From Patescibacteria group bacterium (GTDB lineage Bacteria; Patescibacteriota; Minisyncoccia; Phycocordibacterales; UBA9973), in contig JBBTUV010000004.1 of assembly GCA_038063535.1 (NCBI GenBank), forward strand, positions 20,530 through 84,529: a DNA stretch of 64,000 nt, in the 5' to 3' direction. The position numbers and the translations under genes were made by a program. Below the pieces are notes generated by a model that saw only the letters and a program-made list of their open reading frames with translations, searched no databases and had not been told where the DNA came from. Every line of letters starts with the position of its first letter. The first letter of the stretch is position 1. Of this stretch, positions 52,526-60,890 are shown piece by piece.

Positions 52526-52566
52526 GGGGGCTCGTTCATTGCAACAGCCCCCAACCTTTTTATGTT
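52526..52566 (+). terminator. Intrinsic terminator after the 478-aa gene
   Basis: GGGGGCT-13 nt-AGCCCCC is followed by AACCTTTTATGTT. Confidence 0.5.
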
Positions 52567-52599
52567 AAAATTAACAATGAGTAAATTTAAATATAAAAA

Positions 52600-53010
52600 A
52601 TGAAAAATCTTGCGGAAATAAAAAAAGAAAACATGTGGCGCGCAGTAATGTCTCAAATTTACAAAGCAAAAAAGGAAATTTTAGCCACTATGGATATAGC
52701 TGAAGAGCTAAAAAATCCTTTACCTAAAAAATATTTTTCTTTATTATATAAAAAACACAAAGAAGGTATTAAAATTAAACGAGTAATTTTTGGTTCCACA
52801 AAACAATATAAACATTTATTAAAAGAAGCTGTAGATAAGAATTTGTTTTTTATAGGCAAACATACAAAATCAACAAATTATAAAAGGATGATTCTTATTG
52901 ACCGAAGCAAACTTTTTTTCTCCAGGGGGCATGGAGGTAAAAAAAAGTTTTATTTCACAACTGATGAGATCTATCTGAAGGAATATCTGGATTATTTTAA
53001 TGAGATATAG
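52600..53010 (+). CDS. Hypothetical Lys-rich protein in a strongly AT-rich segment
   Basis: 136 aa. Local GC is about 30 percent against about 55 percent in the flanks. No family recognised. Confidence 0.5.
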   Translation: MKNLAEIKKENMWRAVMSQIYKAKKEILATMDIAEELKNPLPKKYFSLLYKKHKEGIKIKRVIFGSTKQYKHLLKEAVDKNLFFIGKHTKSTNYKRMILIDRSKLFFSRGHGGKKKFYFTTDEIYLKEYLDYFNEI

Positions 53011-53577
53011 AGTTTTCCGCAGGTGCTTGTCAAAAAATGAAATAACTGATACAGTTAAAGAGTGAGTAAAAGTACACAGCCGAAGAATGTTATCCTTGCC
53101 AGCCTTTAATCTAGAAGGCTGATCTTTGCGCTGTAAAAATCTCTCAACACTTACAACCCAAACACCAGCCTTCTAAACCTAGAGGCTGGTGTTCTCGTTT
53201 ACGAGAATAGTTGTTCTTCCCAAGCTCCGAAAGAGAGACAATAATGCCCAAGTCGTCCAGTTTGGAAGAGTGGTTCGTAGGGGCAATCAGATCGGGGAGA
53301 GACTTTCTGACTGTGCCTCCCCACATCACGGAACTTCCGTGCGGGCATCGACGAGCCCGCACTGATAGACCCTTCGAATTACGAAGGATACTGTTCCAGC
53401 TGGTTTGGGCCCACCACAACAGAGAACACCAGGGTCAGGGTTGTTTCTTGCCTCTGTCTTCAATTCTTCGGGAGAGCAATCTCCCGGAGAGAACAGACCA
53501 GCAGGAACGACCCCGTTACATGGCCGACGTTGGACGACCACGCTGAGTTCCGCCAGTGCAAGCAGTATGCGGAACAC

Positions 53578-53620
53578 GGGGGGCTGTCGCGCGCGACAGC
53601 CCCCCTATTATTTTTTATTC
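53578..53620 (+). terminator. Strong intrinsic terminator at the end of the ORF-poor 53.0-53.6 kb stretch
   Basis: The palindrome GGGGGGCTGTCGCG/CGCGACAGCCCCCC forms a 12-14-bp GC stem and is followed by TATTATTTTTTATT. It is plus-strand specific and lies 30 nt before the aspS promoter. Confidence 0.75.
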
Positions 53621-53649
53621 CGCTTTTTTTATGCTAAAATACTTTTACC

Positions 53650-55071
53650 GTGAAAAAAAGGATTTATATAAAAGATTTGAAAGACAATGTCGGCAAAGAA
53701 ATCACCATCGCCGGGTGGGTGGATGTCAGGCGCGATCAGGGCAAAATGGTATTTTTCGATATGCGGGATATGACGGGTAAGGTGCAGTGTGTGGCACTAC
53801 CAAGCCATGCCGAAGTAATTGAAACGGCGAAGGAGATAAGGCCGGAGTGGGTTTTGAAGATCATCGGGAAGGTAAACAAACGGCCGGAGAAAAATGTAAA
53901 CAAAGAAGTGCTAAATGGCGACATTGAACTTGAGATTACCAGCATCGAAGTTTTAAATAAATCTGAAACGCCGCCGTTTCCGATTGATGCTGACACTCGC
54001 GAAGTGGATGAAGATTTGCGTCTGAAGTACAGATATCTTGATCTAAGGAGCGACAGGATGCAGAAAAATGTCCGCATGCGCGACAAGGTTATTTCTTTTT
54101 TCCGCGACCACATGCACCAGAACGGCTTTGTCGAGATAGAAACCCCGATACTTATGCGCGGTACGCCTGAAGGCGCGCGCGAGTACGTAGTGCCCTCGAG
54201 GGTGTGGCAGGGAAAGTTCTATGCTCTGCCGCAATCGCCCCAGCAGTTCAAGCAGCTCTCGATGGTTGCCGGCTTTGAAAAATATTTCCAGATTGCTCGC
54301 TGCATGCGCGATGAGGACACAAGAGGGGACAGGCAGCCGGAATTCACCCAGCTCGACTATGAGATGTCATTCGTCGAGCGCGATGAGGTCCTGGAATACA
54401 CTGAAGGTATGTTCATTAAATTGATTGAAAAAGTTTATCCGGAAAAGAAAATTTCACAAATTCCGTTCCCGCGGCTCACTCACGCTGAATCAATGGAAAA
54501 ATACGGTTCGGACAAGCCGGACTTGCGTAAAGATAAAAACAATCCCGACGAGCTTGCATTTCTCTGGGTTGTTGATTTCCCGATGTTTGAAAAGACTGAT
54601 GAGGGAGACCCCGCAACGCAGGCTAACGGGGCAAGATTACAAGCGGTGCACCACCCTTTCTGCTCGATTCACCCGGAGGACAAGGAGAAATTCATGAAAG
54701 GCAAGGACATTTTCTCTATCCGCGCGAATGCTTATGACTTGGTCTTAAACGGCTACGAACTTTCTTCCGGCTCGATCCGCATCCACGACAGCGCCGAGCA
54801 AAAGAGGGTTTTTGATTTGCTGGAAATCAGCGAAGAAACTCAAGCAGCGAAATTCGGCCACATGCTCGAGGCTTTCAAATACGGCGCGCCGCCGCATGGC
54901 GGTTTTGCGCCCGGCATCGACCGCATTGTCATGATTCTTCAAAATGAACCGAATATCCGCGAAGTGATTCCTTTTGCCAAAACCGGCGAAGGCAAGGACC
55001 TCCTCATGGGCTCGCCGGCTGAAATTTCCGATAAGCAATTGAAAGAGTTGGGAATAAAATTAGGCAAATGA
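53650..55071 (+). CDS. aspS: Aspartate--tRNA ligase, compact bacterial-type lacking the GAD insertion domain
   Basis: It has an anticodon-binding OB fold, motif 2 QPEFTQLDYEMSF and motif 3 GGFAPGIDRIVM. The length is 473 aa against about 590 typical. Confidence 0.95.
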   Translation: MKKRIYIKDLKDNVGKEITIAGWVDVRRDQGKMVFFDMRDMTGKVQCVALPSHAEVIETAKEIRPEWVLKIIGKVNKRPEKNVNKEVLNGDIELEITSIEVLNKSETPPFPIDADTREVDEDLRLKYRYLDLRSDRMQKNVRMRDKVISFFRDHMHQNGFVEIETPILMRGTPEGAREYVVPSRVWQGKFYALPQSPQQFKQLSMVAGFEKYFQIARCMRDEDTRGDRQPEFTQLDYEMSFVERDEVLEYTEGMFIKLIEKVYPEKKISQIPFPRLTHAESMEKYGSDKPDLRKDKNNPDELAFLWVVDFPMFEKTDEGDPATQANGARLQAVHHPFCSIHPEDKEKFMKGKDIFSIRANAYDLVLNGYELSSGSIRIHDSAEQKRVFDLLEISEETQAAKFGHMLEAFKYGAPPHGGFAPGIDRIVMILQNEPNIREVIPFAKTGEGKDLLMGSPAEISDKQLKELGIKLGK

Positions 55072-55376
55072 TTCGCGACATTGTCAGAAAGGGCAGGGGA
55101 TACGGTAAGAAGATTGGATACCCGACGATAAATATAAATAATAAATCTAAGATTAAACACGGAGTATATGCGGGAGTTGTGCGGCTCGGTAAAAGAAATT
55201 ATCGAGCTGGGATAGTGATAGGGGAAAATGCGGAAGCGTATTTGGTGGGGTATAGAGGTAATGCATATGGAAGAACGGCAACAATGGAAGTGGGCAAATT
55301 CATCCGCAAATTTAAAAAATTTAAAACCGAAAAAGAATTAATCGCACAAATTAAAAAAGATCTAGAGAATGTCTAA
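55068..55376 (+). CDS. Stand-alone riboflavin kinase domain (RibF C-terminal-domain-like)
   Basis: GRGYGKKIGYPTININ...GVYAGVV matches the flavokinase PTAN-type motif. 102 aa, with no FAD-synthetase domain. Confidence 0.65.
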   Translation: MIRDIVRKGRGYGKKIGYPTININNKSKIKHGVYAGVVRLGKRNYRAGIVIGENAEAYLVGYRGNAYGRTATMEVGKFIRKFKKFKTEKELIAQIKKDLENV

Positions 55377-56265
55377 CTACTCCGGCCCAATTTTCATTAT
55401 CACTGCGGCGCTTCTCTGGGCCTTTGACGGGCTTATCCGCCAGCATCTTTACACCCTGCCGCCTATCACTATCATATTCTTTGAGCATCTCTTCGGGCTT
55501 GTCATCCTTTTCCCGTTTGTCGTAAAGCTGGTTCTCCGGACCCGATTCACGAAGCGAGAATTCTGGCTACTCGTTTTGATTTCCGTTCTCTCTGGACTTC
55601 TGGGAACACTTTGGTTTACCACGGCGCTTGGAAAAGTGCATTTCATCTCGCTTTCGGTCGTATTTCTTCTCCAAAAACTCCAGCCGATTTTTGCGATCTC
55701 ATCTGCGTCACTTCTCCTGAAAGAGAAATTCGAGAGGGGATACATTCCTTGGGCGGTGCTCGCGCTTGTGGCTGCATACTTTGTCACTTTCCCGACAGGC
55801 AAAGTTGACCTCGCAACCGGCGCAGGTACCGCAGTAGCCGCGCTTTATGCGCTCGGTGCAGCATTCGCCTGGGGAACCTCTACCACGTTTTCAAAAATGC
55901 TCCTCGGAAAAGTTGAAGCAAAAGCGAGCACTTTTTTCAGATTTCTTTTTACTCTCATTATCGCGCTTTCCGTCCTCTTGATTTTCGGCTACGGCTCATC
56001 GCTTTCGGCCCCAACCACCACACAATTCGGATTTCTCGCGCTCATCGCCGTCTCAACTGGCATGGTCGCGCTTCTAATTTATTACAAAGGTCTTGCCAAG
56101 ACTCCCGTCCACATTTCAACGATTCTTGAGCTTACGTTTCCATTTATCGCGATTATCCTGGATAAAATAGTTAATGGCACAAGCCTAAATGCCGTTCAGT
56201 GGGTTGCAGCACTGGTTCTCGTCTATAGCATTTATAAAATTTCTAAACTGCGCGAGGGAGTTTAA
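55369..56265 (+). CDS. EamA/DMT-superfamily transporter
   Basis: There are about 10 TM helices in two EamA repeats. Confidence 0.8.
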   Translation: MSNYSGPIFIITAALLWAFDGLIRQHLYTLPPITIIFFEHLFGLVILFPFVVKLVLRTRFTKREFWLLVLISVLSGLLGTLWFTTALGKVHFISLSVVFLLQKLQPIFAISSASLLLKEKFERGYIPWAVLALVAAYFVTFPTGKVDLATGAGTAVAALYALGAAFAWGTSTTFSKMLLGKVEAKASTFFRFLFTLIIALSVLLIFGYGSSLSAPTTTQFGFLALIAVSTGMVALLIYYKGLAKTPVHISTILELTFPFIAIILDKIVNGTSLNAVQWVAALVLVYSIYKISKLREGV

Positions 56266-57022
56266 GGATTTTTACGCCTTTTATTTTTTGTGGAATCGAA
56301 TCAGTCACGAAAAGTTCTCCGCAGTTTCTTTTTATTTTGTCAGCCATACTAGGTATAGCGAAAACCCCATGCGTCGCCCCGACGATTATTTTCTTCGCGC
56401 CGAGTCGCTTCAGGTGCTTGATCGCGTGGAGGATGGTGCCGCCGGTCGAGATGATGTCGTCCAGGATGCAGACGTTTTTGCCGCGGGCGTCCACCTTACT
56501 TTCCATCTTATGGATCTCGTGCGCATCCTTGCGAGTTTTCTTAAAGGCATGTTCGGACATATATGCGGTGCCGTGGTCCGGGGAGATGATCAGAAATTCT
56601 TCCTTTCCGAAAAATTTTTTCGCGTGAGCGCGAAGTAGCGGTCCGGCGGAGCGATTCTCGATTAGAAGCCCCGTCCGCACGAACCTGCCGGGGCGGGGGA
56701 GGAAGTGGCAGTCGTAAGTGATTAATCTCTTAACTCCGGCACTTTTGAGAAGTCTGCACAGCACGTCTGCACTTACTGCTTCGCCTTTTTTGTTTTCCTT
56801 ATCCTGCCGGGCGTAGGGGAGATAGGGGACGAGGACGGATATCTTGCGCGTCGATTTTCTAACTGCGGAAAGAGTAAGCAGAAGCTCGAAAATATTTTTC
56901 TCGGGGTCGGGGTAGAGCCTTTTGAACAGAGTGACTTTTTTGTTCTTTAGAGAACTTACGTTTGCGACCCGAATATAAGATTCGCCGTCTGGGAAAAGCT
57001 TCGATAAAATAATCGGGCGCAT
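56243..57022 (-). CDS. prs: Ribose-phosphate pyrophosphokinase (PRPP synthetase), short form
   Basis: YLPYARQDK and the PRPP-binding site DDIISTGGT are present. 259 aa. Confidence 0.85.
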   Translation of the reverse strand: MRPIILSKLFPDGESYIRVANVSSLKNKKVTLFKRLYPDPEKNIFELLLTLSAVRKSTRKISVLVPYLPYARQDKENKKGEAVSADVLCRLLKSAGVKRLITYDCHFLPRPGRFVRTGLLIENRSAGPLLRAHAKKFFGKEEFLIISPDHGTAYMSEHAFKKTRKDAHEIHKMESKVDARGKNVCILDDIISTGGTILHAIKHLKRLGAKKIIVGATHGVFAIPSMADKIKRNCGELFVTDSIPQKIKGVKILKLPRAV

Positions 57023-57039
57023 TGTGTTACTATTATAAT

Positions 57040-57366
57040 ATGGATTTGCTTAAGAAAAAATGTATTCCTTGCGAAGCTGGAGCTGAACCACTGGGCGAGA
57101 AGCAGGCGAAGGATTATTTGGTAGAGGCGCCAGGCTGGACGCTCGATGAGAACTATAGAAGAATTTCCAAAGAATACAAATTTAAGGATTTCATCGGCGC
57201 GATGAATTTCGTGCAGCGTGTAGCAGACCTCGCCGAAGAAGAGGGCCACCATCCGGACATCCATATTCATTACAACAAAGTTAGGCTAGAACTCTGGACG
57301 CACGCCATCGGCGGCCTCTCCGAGAACGATTTCATCCTCGCCGCCAAAATCGACGCCAGTAAATAA
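57040..57366 (+). CDS. Pterin-4a-carbinolamine dehydratase (PCD/DCoH)
   Basis: The EEGHHPDI active-site motif is present. The start is set at MDLLKKK. Confidence 0.8.
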   Translation: MDLLKKKCIPCEAGAEPLGEKQAKDYLVEAPGWTLDENYRRISKEYKFKDFIGAMNFVQRVADLAEEEGHHPDIHIHYNKVRLELWTHAIGGLSENDFILAAKIDASK

Positions 57367-57402
57367 CTTTGCCTTTTCTCAAAAAATCTATATAATATAA
57401 GT

Positions 57403-58776
57403 ATGAAATTTGCTTTTATTAAAGTCCAAAAAGAAGCGCCGAAGGACGCTCTTTTGGTGTCGGTGGGAACTAAAAACAACGATGAAATAATTAGGGAAGA
57501 CAGGGTAAAGACCCTATACCTGAAATCCGACGAGAAAATGAACCTCCGGAAGCTATATTTGCTGGCGCGGAAAATGGTTGCGCTTGCGAAAGGCGCGAAA
57601 GCGAGCAAAATCGCTTTTGATTTTAATGATTGGAAATTGGCAAAAGCCTCTGATGCCGAGCTTGGCGAGCTCATCGGCACTCAGCTTGACTTTGCGAATT
57701 ATGAATTTACCGAATATAAAACTCCGCCGGAAGAAGGATTCTCTTTTATAAGAGAAGTTTATGTTACCGGCGCAGGCCTCGTAGCCCGAAAAGCGATGTT
57801 AAGAGGCCATGCTATCGCAGAAGAAGTTAACAAGACTCGCTCGCTTGCGAACACGCCCGGCGGAGATATGACTCCGACTATACTTGCCCAAAGGGCAAGA
57901 GAAGCAGTCAAGGGACTGCCTGTAAAAGTCACGATCCTCGGCGAGAAAGAGATGGAGAAGCAAAAGATGCACGCAATACTTTCTGTGGGCAAGGGAAGCG
58001 ACGAAGAATCGAAGTTCATCATCATGGAGTATTGGGGGACCTCGAAAAAAGTTAAACTGATAGTTCTCGTAGGCAAGGGCGTCACCTTCGACACCGGCGG
58101 AATCAACTTAAAGCCGACACCGTCACTCCTTGGCATGAATATGGATATGTCCGGAGGTGCGGCTGTCATCCATACTGTCGCGCTAGCCGCCCGCATGAAA
58201 CTCAAAAAAAATATTATTGCCCTTGTGCCTTCGGTAGAGAATATGGCTTCAGGCAAAAGTTACCGCCCCGGCGACGTAATTCGCTCGCTCTCCGGCAAAA
58301 CTATCGAAGTTTTGAATACCGACGCGGAAGGACGGGTCATCCTCGCGGACGCGCTTACCTATGCCGAGCGTTACAAGCCGGAAGTAGTGATAGACACGGC
58401 GACACTCACCGGTGCGGCGGCGGTCGCGCTTGGCGAGCGTGCCAGCGCGCTTTTTACTCCAGATGATACTCTGGCAAAAGCCCTTGAAAATGCTGGTGAA
58501 GAAATGGGAGAATATGTATGGCGCTTGCCGCTTTGGGAGGAATATGAGGCGGACATAAAGGGCAACCTAGGCGACTGGGCCAACATACACAACAAAGATT
58601 CCAAATACGGCGGGGCGATTCACGGGGCGATGTTCTTATACCAGTTTGCCAAGAATTACAAATGGGCGCACATCGATATTGCTCCAAGGATGACATCGAT
58701 TCCAGGCGAATATTTAGCTCCGGGCTCGATCGGGACGCCTGTCCGACTTCTCCTTAAATTTATCGAAGAGAATTAG
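57403..58776 (+). CDS. pepA: Leucyl aminopeptidase (M17)
   Basis: NTDAEGR and the M17 metal-binding residues are present. 457 aa. Confidence 0.9.
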   Translation: MKFAFIKVQKEAPKDALLVSVGTKNNDEIIREDRVKTLYLKSDEKMNLRKLYLLARKMVALAKGAKASKIAFDFNDWKLAKASDAELGELIGTQLDFANYEFTEYKTPPEEGFSFIREVYVTGAGLVARKAMLRGHAIAEEVNKTRSLANTPGGDMTPTILAQRAREAVKGLPVKVTILGEKEMEKQKMHAILSVGKGSDEESKFIIMEYWGTSKKVKLIVLVGKGVTFDTGGINLKPTPSLLGMNMDMSGGAAVIHTVALAARMKLKKNIIALVPSVENMASGKSYRPGDVIRSLSGKTIEVLNTDAEGRVILADALTYAERYKPEVVIDTATLTGAAAVALGERASALFTPDDTLAKALENAGEEMGEYVWRLPLWEEYEADIKGNLGDWANIHNKDSKYGGAIHGAMFLYQFAKNYKWAHIDIAPRMTSIPGEYLAPGSIGTPVRLLLKFIEEN

Positions 58777-59481
58777 ATGGAAACGGCATACAAGGTGAAG
58801 ACCCGGGTATTTGAAGGGCCTTTCGGTCTACTTCTCGACCTGGTGGAGAAGAGAAAGCTTTTCATCAACGATGTCTCGCTTGCGGAAGTGACCGAAGACT
58901 ACCTGGCCTATGTAAAGACCGCGCCACCCGCGGAAATTTCGAGTTTCATCGTCGTCGCGGCCACGCTCATCCTCATTAAATCAAAGTCGCTCCTGCCGTC
59001 ACTTGATCTCTCGAGCGAGGAAGAGGGAGACATCCGAAGTCTCGAGGAGCGCCTACGGCTCTACGAACTTTTTCGCCGGCTCTCGGCCGGGGTGAAGAAA
59101 AGATTCGGGCAGGATATGATCTTTCACGCCGAAGAAAGAAAAAACGAAATGGTGGTATTCTTGCCCGATGAGCAGATCACCCGGGAGCGCATGATGGAGC
59201 TTGCGCGAGGCGTGATCGGCGCGATGCCGAAAGTTACAGCGCTTCCGGAAGTGCCGGTAAAAAAAATAGTGACGATCGAGGAGATGATAAAACGGCTCAC
59301 TGAGCGGATAGAAAAATCGATAAAAGTGAGCTTCAGAGATTTTACCCGCGGAGGCAAGGGGAAAGAAGGGAAAATCAGCACAATCGTGGGGTTCCTGGCG
59401 ATGCTCGAGCTCGTGCGGCAAGGACTGCTTCGTGCGGAGCAGGAGGGAAATTTTGAAGAGATAATGATAGAAAAAGCATGA
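58777..59481 (+). CDS. scpA: Segregation and condensation protein A
   Basis: ScpA family. It starts 1 nt after the pepA stop and overlaps scpB by 4 nt. Confidence 0.85.
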   Translation: METAYKVKTRVFEGPFGLLLDLVEKRKLFINDVSLAEVTEDYLAYVKTAPPAEISSFIVVAATLILIKSKSLLPSLDLSSEEEGDIRSLEERLRLYELFRRLSAGVKKRFGQDMIFHAEERKNEMVVFLPDEQITRERMMELARGVIGAMPKVTALPEVPVKKIVTIEEMIKRLTERIEKSIKVSFRDFTRGGKGKEGKISTIVGFLAMLELVRQGLLRAEQEGNFEEIMIEKA

Positions 59482-60026
59482 CCCTGGAAACTAAACTAGA
59501 AGCGATATTGTTCTTTAAAAATGAACCGCTCTCGATTAAAAAATTGGCGGAGATCTTGAAGGCTAAGGAAGGGGAAGTCAAAGATGCGATCTTCAATCTT
59601 AAACGGAATCTCGAGGGAAGGGGGATAGTCTTACAGGAGAAAGATGACGAGATCTCTCTCGGAACCGCCCGGGAGTATTCGGCCCTTATTGAAAATTTAC
59701 AAAAAGAGGAACTCTCCAAGGAGCTTTCGAAGGCATCACTTGAGGCGCTCTCCATCGTACTTTACAAAGGGGGAGCGAACCGCGCCGAGATCGACTATAT
59801 CCGAGGGGTTAATTCGAGCTTTACCTTGCGAGCGCTCTCGGTGCGAGGGCTCGTCGAGCGGATAACCGATCCCAGAGACGCTCGACGTTTCTTCTACCGG
59901 CCGAGTTTTGGTCTCTTGTCGTACCTCGGAATAAAATCAATCGAAGAGCTTCCAGAATTCGCTGAAGTGAACAAGGAACTTCTTGGCGCGGAGGAACAGG
60001 CGAAAGAGGCAGGAAAGGATGAATGA
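59478..60026 (+). CDS. scpB: Segregation and condensation protein B
   Basis: ScpB with tandem winged helices. 182 aa. Confidence 0.85.
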   Translation: MTLETKLEAILFFKNEPLSIKKLAEILKAKEGEVKDAIFNLKRNLEGRGIVLQEKDDEISLGTAREYSALIENLQKEELSKELSKASLEALSIVLYKGGANRAEIDYIRGVNSSFTLRALSVRGLVERITDPRDARRFFYRPSFGLLSYLGIKSIEELPEFAEVNKELLGAEEQAKEAGKDE

Positions 60027-60888
60027 TGATGCGGACAATCGTTTTCTCGTTTTTCTTTTGGCGTTTTTTCTTCTCGTAGCAGGATTGTTCTCAGCGGGCA
60101 ATTTCAAATCAAACGGAATAATTCGTTTGGAGGACATCCAAGCGATGCAAGCTGAAAGATCCCTTGCCGGGCTCGCACTCGAAGCAAAAGCAGTTTCGGT
60201 TTACGATTTCACCGCGAATAAAAAAATTTACGGGGGGGGCGACGAGCTGCCGCTTGCGATGGCGTCGCTTGCAAAGTCGATGACGGTTACGCTTGCGCTC
60301 AATGTTTTGGGTGAGGATGGTGCGGTACGCATTTCCAAAGAAGCGGTTTCTCAATCGGGGGATTTCGGGCTTACGGTCGGCGAGAGCTGGCGAGCGGGGG
60401 AGCTTGCGAAGCTTACCCTTATCGCTTCCGCGAACGACGGCGCTTATGCTCTGGCAGAGGCAGCCGGAGGAAATTTCTTGGATAAGATGAATGAGAAAAC
60501 GCGGAAAATAGGCATGGAGCACGCGGTCTTTCTCTCCGTGACCGGACTCGATGAATTGGAAGAGGGCGTCCCGGTCCTTGCCAGCGGGTTCGCATCAGCC
60601 TCAGACTTGAACACTCTCGCGTATTACGCCCTCCGCTCGCATCCGGAAGTTTTTACGGCTACAACCTCCGAAGGAGCCTATGGTTTTCAGAATACCAACC
60701 CCGCCGCGGGGAAAATCCCGAATCTTCTTTTTTCCAAAACCGGCTTCACTGATCTCGCCGGCGGGAACCTCTCGATAATTTTTAAAAATCGCGACGAGCA
60801 CATTATCGCCGTCACGATCCTCGGCTCCAGCTACGAGGGACGATTTTCCGACATGGAAAAGATCGTGAGCGTGTTGTATAGTGAGTAA
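59983..60888 (+). CDS. D-alanyl-D-alanine carboxypeptidase (S11, PBP5/6-like)
   Basis: There is a signal anchor and the motifs SLAK (SxxK), SAN (SxN) and KTG (KTGFT). Confidence 0.85.
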   Translation: MARRNRRKRQERMNDDADNRFLVFLLAFFLLVAGLFSAGNFKSNGIIRLEDIQAMQAERSLAGLALEAKAVSVYDFTANKKIYGGGDELPLAMASLAKSMTVTLALNVLGEDGAVRISKEAVSQSGDFGLTVGESWRAGELAKLTLIASANDGAYALAEAAGGNFLDKMNEKTRKIGMEHAVFLSVTGLDELEEGVPVLASGFASASDLNTLAYYALRSHPEVFTATTSEGAYGFQNTNPAAGKIPNLLFSKTGFTDLAGGNLSIIFKNRDEHIIAVTILGSSYEGRFSDMEKIVSVLYSE

Positions 60889-60890
60889 AT

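Noticed and set aside
53040-53620. RNase P RNA or tmRNA in the ORF-poor stretch
   Set aside because: I searched by eye on both strands for the P4 motifs (GGAAAGUCCGG / ACAGAACCCGGCUUA) and the tmRNA tRNA-like 3' end (GGUUCGA...CCACCA) and found none. It is kept only as an unclassified ncRNA/pseudogene candidate pending a covariance-model search.
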